This document shows, in pieces, positions 40,966-50,903 of a DNA stretch of 64,000 nucleotides (position 1 is the stretch's first letter; every line of letters starts with the position of its first letter). A program made the translations under genes and the position numbers. The DNA is taken from positions 151,289-215,288 of the forward strand of contig CACLJX010000001.1 of NCBI GenBank assembly GCA_902607435.1. Reading direction: 5' to 3'. Below the pieces are notes generated by a model that saw only the letters and a list, made by a program, of their open reading frames with translations, had not been told where the DNA came from and did no database searches. This DNA comes from an uncultured Alphaproteobacteria bacterium. Its GTDB lineage: Bacteria > Pseudomonadota > Alphaproteobacteria > HIMB59 > GCA-002718135.

Positions 40966-41251
40966 GACAGAAAAATTTATTAAATTAGTCGTTATTATTC
41001 TTAGTATTTTAATAATTTTATCTCTATTTGCTTTTATATATGGCATGTATACAAAAATATCATCTAAATCTTTAGAAATTGAAAAATATCCCGAGAATAT
41101 TTCTCTTTTGTTAGATAATGAAGATCATATTGAAAATTTTCAAGTAATAGATAAAAAAAAGATTTTAATAACTATAAAGAAAAATAATCAACTTATTGGA
41201 TGGATATATGATATTGATGATAAAAAAATTATTCAAAGATTAACTAAATAA
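40964..41251 (+). CDS. Small single-pass membrane protein of unknown function
   Basis: 95 aa. One N-terminal TM helix (LVVIILSILIILSLFAFIYGMY) followed by a soluble domain. No motif recognised. Confidence 0.5.
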   Translation: MTEKFIKLVVIILSILIILSLFAFIYGMYTKISSKSLEIEKYPENISLLLDNEDHIENFQVIDKKKILITIKKNNQLIGWIYDIDDKKIIQRLTK

Positions 41252-41258
41252 TATTCAA

Positions 41259-41489
41259 ATGAAAAATAAAAATATTAATGAATTATCTTTTGAAACAAGC
41301 TTAAAAAAGTTAGAAGAAATTGTTGAACAATTAGAATCAGGCAATATTGACTTGGAAAAATCAGTTGAATTATATGAAAAAGGCATTGAACTTAAAAATA
41401 TTTGTGAAGACAAATTAAAAAAAGTTGAATTACAAATTAAAAAAATAAAAGTTAAAAACAATAAAATTACTAAAGAAGATTTTGATTAA
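41259..41489 (+). CDS. xseB: Exodeoxyribonuclease VII small subunit
   Basis: 76 aa. SFETSLKKLEEIVEQLESGNIDLEKSVELYEKG is the XseB signature. Conserved position upstream of dxs. Confidence 0.9.
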   Translation: MKNKNINELSFETSLKKLEEIVEQLESGNIDLEKSVELYEKGIELKNICEDKLKKVELQIKKIKVKNNKITKEDFD

Positions 41490-41494
41490 TTTTT

Positions 41495-43408
41495 ATGGAA
41501 TATAAATTTTTAAATAAGATCAATTATCCAAGTGATTTAAAAAAATTTAAAGTTAAAGATTTAAATTTAATTGCTAAAGAATTAAGACATAAAACTATAC
41601 AATCTGTATCAAGAACTGGAGGTCACTTGGGTGCAGGTCTTGGAGTTGTTGAATTAACAATAGCCTTGCATTATGTTTTTGATACTCCTTTGGATAAACT
41701 TATTTGGGATGTTGGTCATCAATCCTATCCACACAAGATTTTAACTGGAAGAAAAGATAAAATTGAAACAATAAGACAAGGCGGAGGTTTATATGGTTTT
41801 GTCAAGAGATCGGAAAGTCAATATGATACTTTTGGAACTGCGCATAGTTCCACTTCAATATCAGCTGGTCTTGGAATTAAGATTGCTCATGATTTACAAA
41901 AAAAAGAATCAAACGTAGTTTGTGTAATTGGCGATGGAGCTTTGAGCGCAGGTATGGCTTATGAAGCAATGAATAATGCAGGTTCAATGAACAAACAGTT
42001 AATTATCATCCTAAATGATAATAAAATGTCAATAGATAAACCTGTTGGTGCTATGAGTAGATATTTATCAAAATTACTTTCTTCAAAATCATATATCACT
42101 ATTCGTTCTTTAATAAAAAAAATTTCTAATAAATTTCCTGAAACATTTTCAAAGATGATGCACCGTACAGAAGAATTTTCTAAAGGCTTTATTACAGGAG
42201 GAACTCTTTTTGAAGAGCTTGGTTTTTTTTATCTTGGCCCTATAGATGGTCATAATTTTAATGATTTAATCCCAATACTTCAGAATATAAAATCATCTAA
42301 GTTAAATAAACCAATTTTTCTCCATACTATTACCAAAAAAGGAAAAGGATATCTTCCTGCAGAAAAATCAGATGACAAATTTCATGGAGTAAATAAATTT
42401 GATGTTATTTCTGGATCTCCTTTATCTAAATCTAATTCTAAGTCATATTCACAAATCTTTGGTGAAACATTAGCAAGTGAAGCATCTAAAGATGATAGAA
42501 TTGTAGCTGTGACTGCAGCAATGGCGTCAGGCACAGGTTTAAATTTTTTTGCTAAAGAATTTCCTAAAAGATTTTTTGATGTAGGAATTGCTGAGCAACA
42601 TGCAGTTACAATGTGCGCTGGATTAGCTACAGAAGGATATAAACCTTTTGCTGCAATTTATTCAACATTTTTACAGAGAGCATATGATCAAATAGTTCAT
42701 GATGTTGCTATACAAAAATTACCCGTAAGATTTGCAATAGATAGGGCAGGTCAAGTAGGCGCTGACGGTCCTACTCATGCAGGTTCGTTTGATATTGCAT
42801 ATTTAACTTGTCTGCCTAATTTTATTGTAATGGCTGCAGGCGATGAAAAAGAATTAATCAAAATGATTAAAACTTCACTATTAATTGAAGATCGACCATC
42901 TTCATTTCGTTTTCCAAGAGGTAACTGCAAAGGTCTTGATATTTCTGAAGAATTAAAACCATTAGAAATTGGAAGAGGTAGAATTATTAAAGAAGGAAAC
43001 AATATCGCACTTCTTAATTTTGGTGCTCGCTTAAGTATTTGTGAAGACACAGCTTATAATTTATCGAAAAAAGGCTTTGAGATAACTTTAGTGGATGCTA
43101 GATTTGCTAAACCTCTTGATACAAACTTGCTTGATAAAATATTAGATAATCATGAATTTGTTTTTACTATTGAGGAAGGGTCTATCGGTGGTTTTGGTTC
43201 AATTGTCCTTGATTATATTCATAACAAAAGGAAAAAATCAACTTTATGTAAAACTCATAATATAATCTTCCCAGATATTTTTGTTGATCATGATACTCCA
43301 GAAAATCAATATAAAAAAATTGGCATGGATGCGCAATCAATTGAAAGAAAAATATTGTCTATTTCTTTAAAAAAAGAAATTCATTTACACGAAATATACA
43401 ATCAATAA
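41495..43408 (+). CDS. dxs: 1-deoxy-D-xylulose-5-phosphate synthase
   Basis: 637 aa. GGHLGAGLGVVELT, DVGHQSYPHKILTGR, GDGALSAGMAYEA and DRAGQVGADGPTHAG. Confidence 0.96.
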   Translation: MEYKFLNKINYPSDLKKFKVKDLNLIAKELRHKTIQSVSRTGGHLGAGLGVVELTIALHYVFDTPLDKLIWDVGHQSYPHKILTGRKDKIETIRQGGGLYGFVKRSESQYDTFGTAHSSTSISAGLGIKIAHDLQKKESNVVCVIGDGALSAGMAYEAMNNAGSMNKQLIIILNDNKMSIDKPVGAMSRYLSKLLSSKSYITIRSLIKKISNKFPETFSKMMHRTEEFSKGFITGGTLFEELGFFYLGPIDGHNFNDLIPILQNIKSSKLNKPIFLHTITKKGKGYLPAEKSDDKFHGVNKFDVISGSPLSKSNSKSYSQIFGETLASEASKDDRIVAVTAAMASGTGLNFFAKEFPKRFFDVGIAEQHAVTMCAGLATEGYKPFAAIYSTFLQRAYDQIVHDVAIQKLPVRFAIDRAGQVGADGPTHAGSFDIAYLTCLPNFIVMAAGDEKELIKMIKTSLLIEDRPSSFRFPRGNCKGLDISEELKPLEIGRGRIIKEGNNIALLNFGARLSICEDTAYNLSKKGFEITLVDARFAKPLDTNLLDKILDNHEFVFTIEEGSIGGFGSIVLDYIHNKRKKSTLCKTHNIIFPDIFVDHDTPENQYKKIGMDAQSIERKILSISLKKEIHLHEIYNQ

Positions 43409-43415
43409 TTTACTT

Positions 43416-44150
43416 ATGAAAAAGAGAGCTGATCTTCTCTTAGTTGAAAGAAAATTTGCTGAAACTAGATCAAAGGCACAAGCTATGATTATGGCAGGAC
43501 AAGTATTTATTGAGGATAAAAAAATTATTAAAAGTGGAGAAACTTTTAAATATAATTCTAAAATTTTTATTGAGAAACTTCATTCCCAATGGGTATCAAG
43601 AGGAGCTTTTAAACTCATTCACGCGATTGAATATTTTAATTTACGATTAGAAAATTTAATTTGTTTAGATATTGGAGCATCTACGGGTGGGTTCACTGAG
43701 GTTTTATTGAAACATAATGTTAAAAAGATATATGCTGTAGATTCGGGAACTAATCAATTACATGAAAAATTAAAATCAGAAAAAAGAATTATTAATTTAG
43801 AAAAAACAAATGCACGTTATTTGAATAATATAATAATTCCTGAACCAATTGATTTGATTGTATGTGATTCAAGTTTCATTAGTTTAAAAAAAGTTTTATA
43901 TCCATCATTAAATTTTTTATCTAAAACTCAGGGAAAAATTATTGCATTGATTAAGCCACAGTTTGAAGCACATAAAAGTGAAATCAAAAAAGGAGGGGTT
44001 GTGGTTGATTCAATTGTTCATCAAAGAATATGCTTAGAAATAAATAATTGGTTTAAAGAAGCATGTAAAATGAAAGTTACAGGCATTATACAAAGTCCAT
44101 TAAAAGGACCAAAAGGCAATATTGAATTTTTAATTTTAGCTCAAAAATAG
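43416..44150 (+). CDS. tlyA: TlyA family rRNA 2'-O-methyltransferase
   Basis: 244 aa. S4-like N-terminus (RADLLLVERKFAETRSKAQAMIMAGQV) and FtsJ-type SAM site (LDIGASTGGFTEV). Confidence 0.9.
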   Translation: MKKRADLLLVERKFAETRSKAQAMIMAGQVFIEDKKIIKSGETFKYNSKIFIEKLHSQWVSRGAFKLIHAIEYFNLRLENLICLDIGASTGGFTEVLLKHNVKKIYAVDSGTNQLHEKLKSEKRIINLEKTNARYLNNIIIPEPIDLIVCDSSFISLKKVLYPSLNFLSKTQGKIIALIKPQFEAHKSEIKKGGVVVDSIVHQRICLEINNWFKEACKMKVTGIIQSPLKGPKGNIEFLILAQK

Positions 44151-44151
44151 T

Positions 44152-45222
44152 TTAGAGAAATCGCAAACAATGATCAGCAATAGTTGTAGCCATCATTGCT
44201 TCACCAACTGGAACAGCTCTGATGCCTACGCAAGGGTCATGACGACCTTTTGTGGAAATTTCTGTTTCTTTCATATTAATATCAATTGTTTTTCTCGATT
44301 TTAGAATAGAACTAGTGGGTTTTACACAAAATCTTACTATAATATCTTGGCCAGTTGAGATCCCACCGAGTATACCACCAGAATTATTAGATAAAAATAT
44401 TGGTTTTCCATTTTTGATTCTAATTTCATCTACATTAGATTCTCCTGGTAATGTAACTGATTCAAAACCTTTTCCTATTTCAACCCCTTTTACAGCATTA
44501 ATGCTCATCATAGCTTTTGCAAGCTCAGCATCTAATTTATCATAGATTGGTTCGCCTAAACCAGCAGGTAATCCACTACAACGTACTTCGATAATAGCTC
44601 CTAAAGATGAGCCATTTTTTCTAGCTTCTAATATAATTTTTTCCCAATCAGGAATAATTTTTTTATCAGGACTAAAGAAGTCGTTTTGATCGATCAACTC
44701 ATCATTCCAATTATTGTAATTAATTTTTATATTTCCTATTTGAATTAATGCTCCTTTAATTTTTACATGATCCTTAACTTTACTTTCAATTACTTTTCTT
44801 GCTATTCCTCCAGCAGCTACTCTCATAGCAGTTTCACGAGCACTAGAACGACCACCGCCTTTATAATCATGTATCCCATATTTTGCCCAGTAAGTAAAAT
44901 CAGAATGACCAGGTCTAAATGTATTTTTTAAATCAGAATAGTCTTTAGGACGTTGATCTTCATTCTTAATAATTAGAGAAATAGGGTGACCTGTTGTGAG
45001 ACCATCAAATACTCCTGATAAAATTTCAACCTCATCCTTTTCTTTTCTTTGAGTAGTAAATTTAGATTGTCCAGGTCTGCGTTTATCTAAATAATATTGA
45101 ATATCTTTTTCAGAAAGCAATATTTTAGAAGGAACGCCATCAACAACACAGCCAATTGCTTTTCCATGACTTTCACCCCAAGTTGTAAAACAAAAAATTT
45201 TTCCTAATGAATTTGATGACAT
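44152..45222 (-). CDS. aroC: Chorismate synthase
   Basis: 356 aa. [29 protein letters not shown] and RHDPCV motifs. Confidence 0.96.
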   Translation of the reverse strand: MSSNSLGKIFCFTTWGESHGKAIGCVVDGVPSKILLSEKDIQYYLDKRRPGQSKFTTQRKEKDEVEILSGVFDGLTTGHPISLIIKNEDQRPKDYSDLKNTFRPGHSDFTYWAKYGIHDYKGGGRSSARETAMRVAAGGIARKVIESKVKDHVKIKGALIQIGNIKINYNNWNDELIDQNDFFSPDKKIIPDWEKIILEARKNGSSLGAIIEVRCSGLPAGLGEPIYDKLDAELAKAMMSINAVKGVEIGKGFESVTLPGESNVDEIRIKNGKPIFLSNNSGGILGGISTGQDIIVRFCVKPTSSILKSRKTIDINMKETEISTKGRHDPCVGIRAVPVGEAMMATTIADHCLRFL

Positions 45223-45227
45223 GTTAA

Positions 45228-46049
45228 TTATTTATTATCATACTCACTTAATAAATCTGAAACTCGTTTTGCTTCATCAACAGCTACCATACCAACAGTA
45301 TGATACCCACAATCTACGTGTTGAATTTCTCCGGTAACAGCACTTCCTAAATCACTCAAAAGATATACAGCAGAATTACCTATATCATTTAAAGTAACAT
45401 TTCTTTTAAGAGGTGAATTTAATTCATTCCATTTTAAAATGAATCTAAAATCACCAATGCCTGAAGCAGCAAGTGTTTTTATTGGTCCGGCACTAATTGC
45501 ATTTACTCTTATATTTTTTTCTCCAAGATCAACTGCTAGATACTTGACACTCGTTTCAAGTGCAGCTTTTGCTAATCCCATTACGTTATAATGAGGCATT
45601 ACTTGTTCAGATCCATAATAGGTAAGAGTTAAAATTGAACTATTTTTATTCATTATAGGCTCTGCTAATCGACAAGCTTCAGTAAATGAATAGCATGAAA
45701 TAAGCATTGTTTGATTAAAATTTTCTACAGAAGTATTGTAGTATTTACCTCTCAGTTCATCTTTATTAGAAAAACCAATTGCATGAACTAAAAAATCAAT
45801 ATTATCCCATTCTTGTTTAATAATATCAAAAGTTTTTACCATACTTTCTGAATTTGTCACATCACAAGGAATTAAAATATTGGAATTAATACTCTCTGCT
45901 AATGGTTTTACCCTTTTTTTAAGCGCTTCTCCTTGATATGTAAAAGCTAATTTTCCGCCATGATTTGCAATAATTTTTGCTATTCCCCAAGCTATTGAGC
46001 GATCATTAGCAACTCCCATAATTAATCCTTTTTTATCTTTCATTAACAT
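45228..46049 (-). CDS. fabI: Enoyl-[acyl-carrier-protein] reductase (NADH), FabI
   Basis: 273 aa. [17 protein letters not shown] and the Y..M...K catalytic pattern ([12 protein letters not shown]), plus [13 protein letters not shown]. Confidence 0.93.
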   Translation of the reverse strand: MLMKDKKGLIMGVANDRSIAWGIAKIIANHGGKLAFTYQGEALKKRVKPLAESINSNILIPCDVTNSESMVKTFDIIKQEWDNIDFLVHAIGFSNKDELRGKYYNTSVENFNQTMLISCYSFTEACRLAEPIMNKNSSILTLTYYGSEQVMPHYNVMGLAKAALETSVKYLAVDLGEKNIRVNAISAGPIKTLAASGIGDFRFILKWNELNSPLKRNVTLNDIGNSAVYLLSDLGSAVTGEIQHVDCGYHTVGMVAVDEAKRVSDLLSEYDNK

Positions 46050-46140
46050 TTGTTTTTTATTAATATAATTAAAGTTTGACTATTTATTAGTTTTAAATCC
46101 TATATTTATATACTACTTAGAGAACCAATCGTACAAAAAC

Positions 46141-46746
46141 ATGAATGAAAATAGAAACTTGATTGATATTAAAGAAAATCCATATAACTTATTTAATCAT
46201 TGGTTTGCCAAAGCTAAATTAGAAGAAATCAACGATCCGAATGCTATGAATCTTGCCACAGTTTCTAATGATTTGCAACCATCCTCTAGAATGGTTTTGT
46301 TAAAATCATTTAATGTTAGTGGATTTATTTTTTATACGAACTTAAAAAGCAAAAAAGGTGAATCAATTAAGAATAATGCTCAAGTAGCATTAAATTTTTA
46401 TTGGAAAAGCCTTCAAAGACAAGTTCGAATAGAAGGAAAAGCAAAGATAGTCGATAAAGAAGAAGCTAATCAATATTTTGATACAAGACCTGATGAAAGC
46501 AAAATTAGTGCTTGGGCTTCAAAACAATCCTCTGAATTAAAAAGTAGAGAAGAACTTGAGAATAGAGTTAAATATTTTAATAATAAATTTACAGGTACGA
46601 AAATACCAAGACCCTTAAATTGGATAGGTTATAGAGTTGAGCCAAAATTATTTGAATTTTGGAAACATATGCCTTTTAGACTTCATGATAGGGTAGAGTT
46701 TACTAAAAAAGACAATAACTGGTTGGGAAAAAAACTCTATCCATAA
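46141..46746 (+). CDS. pdxH: Pyridoxamine 5'-phosphate oxidase
   Basis: 201 aa. PSSRMVLLK, RQVRIEG and EFWKHMPFRLHDR blocks. Confidence 0.93.
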   Translation: MNENRNLIDIKENPYNLFNHWFAKAKLEEINDPNAMNLATVSNDLQPSSRMVLLKSFNVSGFIFYTNLKSKKGESIKNNAQVALNFYWKSLQRQVRIEGKAKIVDKEEANQYFDTRPDESKISAWASKQSSELKSREELENRVKYFNNKFTGTKIPRPLNWIGYRVEPKLFEFWKHMPFRLHDRVEFTKKDNNWLGKKLYP

Positions 46747-47187
46747 CTATGATAATTTTTTCCAGCGTTCTAAAATCTGAGAACTAGAATTAGCTTTATT
46801 AGTTCCTCCGATACCCCATAAAACCTCTACATTATTTTCATTACAAAATATAGTTTCTTGATTTGGAGTAGTAGTGCTGTTTCTATCTCCTCCATTTGCA
46901 AATTTAACTTTGTGACCAGAATATTTTTGTAAGGCTTTTTTGATTCCATCGAGACATGTTTTGTCAGAATCATCAAAAGAAATAACATCAATTATATTTT
47001 TTATAGAAAGCATTATGATTTTTCTTTCTCTAAAAGATAAAAATTCTTTTCCTTTCTTATCCCTTAACCAACTATCTGAATTAAGTAAAACTACAACATC
47101 ACCTAATTTGGCAGCTTCTTTTATTAAAGCTATATGACCACTGTGTATTGGGTCAAAACCCCCGCTTACTAAAATTATATCATTCAT
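46747..47187 (-). CDS. Small cytidylyltransferase-superfamily nucleotidyltransferase (HldE domain II/TagD-like)
   Basis: 146 aa. HxGH motif GGFDPIHSGHIALIKEA plus downstream GGD and SSS blocks as in the adenylyl/cytidylyltransferase family. The substrate cannot be inferred. Confidence 0.7.
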   Translation of the reverse strand: MNDIILVSGGFDPIHSGHIALIKEAAKLGDVVVLLNSDSWLRDKKGKEFLSFRERKIIMLSIKNIIDVISFDDSDKTCLDGIKKALQKYSGHKVKFANGGDRNSTTTPNQETIFCNENNVEVLWGIGGTNKANSSSQILERWKKLS

Positions 47188-47830
47188 TTTGATGTCTCCA
47201 TTGTTCTGGATCTTTTAAAAATTTTTTCAAATGATCAATATTTATTTTAGAAATTATTTCCTCTTTAATAAGAACATTAATAATATTTTTCCAAGAACAA
47301 AGTGAATGTATTTTAATATTTAGAGAAGCTAGTGGCGTTTTTGTTATGTCAAAAATATCATAGTAAAAAATTACAAAAATATCTGAAACTATTAGACGAG
47401 ATTTGCGCATTGCTTCAACAAATACTGCTTTACTTCTTCCATCGGTTGCAAGATCTTCGATCAATATAGCTTTTTGACCTTCAACAATATTACCTTCAAT
47501 CTGTTGATTTTTTCCGAAATTCTTTGGTTTTTTTCTAATATAAATCATTTTTTTCTGAAGTCTTTCAGCCAAAAAGGCTGCGTAAGGGATTCCAGCTGTT
47601 TCTCCCCCTGCTAATATTTCAAAATTTAACTTTTTTTCTTTAAAATATTGAACTGCATAATTTAAGATTGTGTTTCTTTCGTTTTTGTATGAGATAATTT
47701 TTCTGCAATCAACATAAACTGGACTTTTATGTCCAGATGTCAACACAAAAGGATTATTAAAAGAAAACTTAACTGATTCTATATCAATTAATATTTTTGC
47801 AACTTTATCTTGATAATTATTTTCAAGCAT
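47180..47830 (-). CDS. pyrE: Orotate phosphoribosyltransferase
   Basis: 216 aa. PRPP-binding loop ILIEDLATDGRSK and the OPRTase N-terminal pattern (FVLTSGHKSPVYVDCR). Confidence 0.9.
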   Translation of the reverse strand: MLENNYQDKVAKILIDIESVKFSFNNPFVLTSGHKSPVYVDCRKIISYKNERNTILNYAVQYFKEKKLNFEILAGGETAGIPYAAFLAERLQKKMIYIRKKPKNFGKNQQIEGNIVEGQKAILIEDLATDGRSKAVFVEAMRKSRLIVSDIFVIFYYDIFDITKTPLASLNIKIHSLCSWKNIINVLIKEEIISKINIDHLKKFLKDPEQWRHQNE

Positions 47831-48297
47831 TAAGTAATCAAAGATATATGGTCCTTTGTAAAGTTACCAGGAACAATCATTACAGGTATACGAAGATTAG
47901 AGTATTCTTTAGATACAAGAGAAGTAATAATAGGTCCAGGCCCTTTATCATCAATATTGGCAGCTAGGACCAGAACAGTGATATTCTTTTCTTCTTCTAT
48001 AAGCTTAATTAATTCAGGAATTACTTCCCCTTCTCTTATATGTAAAACTGGCATAGTACCTGTTGATTGTTTCACTAATGCAGCTGCACTTTTTAGTTTT
48101 AATTCAGCAGCCTCTCTTGCTTCATTTTGCATGATTTCTGTTACGCCTTGTGTTGTTAAAACATTTAAGGGTTCAATGAAAGTAGCAATAATTATTTTTC
48201 TATTTGTTTTTTTTGATCTCGCACAAGCATATTGAAAAGCAACATCCATTTCTTTGGATCCATCTGCAATTACAAGGATATAACGATCATCACTCAT
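47830..48297 (-). CDS. Universal stress protein (UspA) family
   Basis: 155 aa. The Usp alpha/beta pattern ends in PVMIVPG. Shares 1 nt with the pyrE start. Confidence 0.8.
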   Translation of the reverse strand: MSDDRYILVIADGSKEMDVAFQYACARSKKTNRKIIIATFIEPLNVLTTQGVTEIMQNEAREAAELKLKSAAALVKQSTGTMPVLHIREGEVIPELIKLIEEEKNITVLVLAANIDDKGPGPIITSLVSKEYSNLRIPVMIVPGNFTKDHISLIT

Positions 48298-48299
48298 TT

Positions 48300-49061
48300 T
48301 TAAAGTCTCCTAAAAGCTGTAGCTGCTGTCAAGCCTGCTATTATAGCAAAAAGTATACTCAGTATACCATAGTAGCCGGGATGTTTATGTGCAAATTGGT
48401 AAATTTTATCACCAATACCATTTTTTTTAATCACTATTCTTTTATTTTTTTCATTTACGATTTTTTTATTATTAACTTGATATATACTCACATTGTACAA
48501 ACCAGGCAGTGTACTGCTTGGGAAAAAAATTCTAGTTTGAAATAATTTTTCATCAATAATTTTTAATTTATATTCATGATAAAGTCTTTTATTTTTTTGA
48601 AGTCTAATTAAATTATTACCCCATTCATCTAATTGATTTTGATTTATAAAATTTCTTTTAGTTATTGTATTTAATAATAATTTTTCAAATAAAAGCCCTT
48701 TTTTAATAATAACATCTTCATTTAAAATTTGATCAATAGGGGAAGAAGAAGCAATAAAAAAAATATTTGGAATATCTTGATATATAATATTTTTTGTTTC
48801 CAACCAAAAACCAAAAATCCTTTCTTTCATACTTAATTTTATATTTTTCTTAGGTCCTTTGATAACTAATATAGTATCAAAACTTGGGTCTGTTAATCCA
48901 AATATTATAACTTCTTTACCATTAAAATCTGTTTCAATATTTATTTCTTGATCTGATAAATCAAAGTAAGCTTCACTTCCAAGAGTTGTTTTATTTGTAA
49001 TGGTAATAGCAATAATTATAATTAAAATGAGTTTATTAGATTTATTTAGCATTGCTATCAT
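48300..49061 (-). CDS. TIGR02186 / Alph_Pro_TM family membrane protein
   Basis: 253 aa. Signal peptide, then DLSDQEINIETDFNGKEVIIFG...ILVIKGP...MKERIFGFWLE and a C-terminal TM helix. This matches my memory of the alphaproteobacteria-restricted Alph_Pro_TM family. Confidence 0.65.
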   Translation of the reverse strand: MIAMLNKSNKLILIIIIAITITNKTTLGSEAYFDLSDQEINIETDFNGKEVIIFGLTDPSFDTILVIKGPKKNIKLSMKERIFGFWLETKNIIYQDIPNIFFIASSSPIDQILNEDVIIKKGLLFEKLLLNTITKRNFINQNQLDEWGNNLIRLQKNKRLYHEYKLKIIDEKLFQTRIFFPSSTLPGLYNVSIYQVNNKKIVNEKNKRIVIKKNGIGDKIYQFAHKHPGYYGILSILFAIIAGLTAATAFRRL

Positions 49062-49461
49062 AGACAGTTTGTTGCGACTCTATAAAAAATAACCATCTTT
49101 CAATAAATATGCCTATTATTGCAAATATAGTAACTATAGTAAAAGTAATTGTCGAAACATTATGATTAACCACTAGGTTTGGTTCTTGAATTATGCAGTA
49201 AACTGGTGTGACATATGTCAATATACAAAAAGTTATTCTAAGTAAAAAAAATTTTTGTTTATCAATGCTATTTATGTTTTGCAAAGTTTTTCTAATAGAG
49301 TACCAATATGCTAACTTAACAATTAGCAAAGTTATAGCTGTAATAATAATAAAATTTGTTAAAAATATGATTTGAATATAAATATAATATAGAATCAAAA
49401 AGCAAATTAATCCAATAGCATATGCTACATTAAAATATATAAAAGCTGATCCATGCTTCAT
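49042..49461 (-). CDS. Four-helix integral membrane protein with a DmsC-like C-terminal motif
   Basis: 139 aa, about 4 predicted TM helices. The C-terminal IERWLFFIES resembles the ERWLFFAE motif of DmsC/YnfH-type quinol anchor proteins, but the protein is less than half the usual length. Confidence 0.45.
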   Translation of the reverse strand: MKHGSAFIYFNVAYAIGLICFLILYYIYIQIIFLTNFIIITAITLLIVKLAYWYSIRKTLQNINSIDKQKFFLLRITFCILTYVTPVYCIIQEPNLVVNHNVSTITFTIVTIFAIIGIFIERWLFFIESQQTVYDSNAK

Positions 49462-49603
49462 TGTTATTTTTTGCTTCCTTTTTTTAAGTCAAAATAAGAA
49501 ATATCAGTATCCTTCATATAATTGATATGCTAGAAAACTGCATTAAATATACTAAATTATTACAACAATTTGTGACTCAATCAAACCTAAGGAGATGAAT
49601 TTT

Positions 49604-50395
49604 ATGATTACTAGCAATCCATTTTCTGAACTTTCCCAGTTTGTGCCATCCATTGCAATGCAGTTGTTTGTAATTACAATGATCATTTTAGTAGTAGTAG
49701 GCACGTTGTTTGATATGATTCATAAGAAAAACGTTAAATACTTCTTTGAGAATGCTCAAAAGGCAAAAAAATCAGCATCCAGATCTGTTAACACCGGTGA
49801 AAAGATATCGATTGTATTTAATACCGTTACAAGCGATGTGCTAACCACTTCTGAATTAGATGGTAAGCGTAGAATTGCTCATCTTCTAGGTATGTATGGC
49901 ACTATAATATTTTGGATTACTTCAGTTATTATGATATTTTGCTATTCAACACCATCATCCGTAACACCTTCTTTCTTGCCACTACTATGGCATTTAGGAG
50001 CAATCATGACTTGTCTTGGTGGATATTGGTTCTGGTTTTTTCTCAGAGTTGATGTAGCAGCAGAGGCTAATCCTTGGTATCGTGTTGTTAAGGCAGATTT
50101 ATTTGTTCTATCGCTTGTTGTAACTGCTACCTTTGGTCTAGTCTGGTCTTATTTGCAAGCTGTAAATGTATCTGGGTGGGATACATTGTTTTTAGTTTTG
50201 TTTATTATTTCTAACCTTGTATTATTTGGAGGAGTGTATTGGTCTAAATTTGCCCACATGTTCTACAAGCCAGGGGCAGCTATACAGAAAAAATTAGCTG
50301 AAGCTGATGGTTCGAGAGATAATTTACCAGCTCCATCTGATAAGCCCAAGCAATTTGGTTTGGGTATAAAGCGTGAAGAACCGAAACATTACTAA
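49604..50395 (+). CDS. aprM: APS reductase membrane anchor AprM
   Basis: Polytopic membrane protein directly upstream of aprBA, the arrangement known for AprM-type apr loci. A strong SD, AAGGAG (49589-49594), abuts the first ATG (49595) and sits 9 nt from the second ATG (49604), which I prefer as the start. Confidence 0.75.
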   Translation: MITSNPFSELSQFVPSIAMQLFVITMIILVVVGTLFDMIHKKNVKYFFENAQKAKKSASRSVNTGEKISIVFNTVTSDVLTTSELDGKRRIAHLLGMYGTIIFWITSVIMIFCYSTPSSVTPSFLPLLWHLGAIMTCLGGYWFWFFLRVDVAAEANPWYRVVKADLFVLSLVVTATFGLVWSYLQAVNVSGWDTLFLVLFIISNLVLFGGVYWSKFAHMFYKPGAAIQKKLAEADGSRDNLPAPSDKPKQFGLGIKREEPKHY

Positions 50396-50432
50396 TTAAT
50401 GATTAACAATTTAAAAAAAGAGGGAAAATAAT

Positions 50433-50903
50433 ATGCCAACTTTTGTATACATGACTCGTTGTGATGGCTGTGGACATTGCGTCGATATCTGTCCGTCTGA
50501 CATTATGCACATCGATAAAACTACTCGACGTGCTGTTAATATTGAACCTAATATGTGCTGGGAGTGTTACTCTTGTGTGAAAGCCTGTCCACAAGATGCA
50601 ATTGACGTGCGTGGATATGCTGATTTCGCTCCTCTAGGTCATAGCGTTCGTGTACTTCGTGAGGAAGAGAAAGGAACAATTTCTTGGAAGGTTAAGTTCC
50701 GAAATGGTCACGAGAAAAACTTTGTTTCTCCGATTACGACTAAGCCGTGGGGAAAGCATATTCCAAAACTTTCAGAGTTAGAGATACCTGATAAGGAAGC
50801 GCTTGACTCAGAGTTGCTTTGCTTTGAACCAGATTTGCTAAACGTTGATACGGGACTTCCTACATTGAAAAAAGAACAACTAAAACAGGGCGTGTATTAC
50901 TAG
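50433..50903 (+). CDS. aprB: Adenylylsulfate (APS) reductase beta subunit
   Basis: 156 aa. MPTFVYMTRCDGCGHCVDICPSDIMHID and CWECYSCVKACPQDAI are two 4Fe-4S clusters in the AprB arrangement. Confidence 0.93.
   Translation: MPTFVYMTRCDGCGHCVDICPSDIMHIDKTTRRAVNIEPNMCWECYSCVKACPQDAIDVRGYADFAPLGHSVRVLREEEKGTISWKVKFRNGHEKNFVSPITTKPWGKHIPKLSELEIPDKEALDSELLCFEPDLLNVDTGLPTLKKEQLKQGVYY

Noticed and set aside
46747-47187. The idea that the small HxGH nucleotidyltransferase could be a cryptic ATP-sulfurylase-like partner for AprBA, since both belong to the same nucleotidyltransferase superfamily.
   Set aside because: Its sequence looks like HldE-domain-II/TagD-type cytidylyl/adenylyltransferases. It lacks the Sat-specific QxRNP-type motif, and it sits in a different operon (with pyrE) 2.4 kb away. 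This is pure speculation without support.
49522-49550. Sigma-70-like hexamers upstream of aprM: TTGATA, then N16-17, then TAAATA/AAATAT.
   Set aside because: A match of this quality occurs frequently by chance in AT-rich spacers, and there are no supporting features. I left it unannotated pending TSS data.
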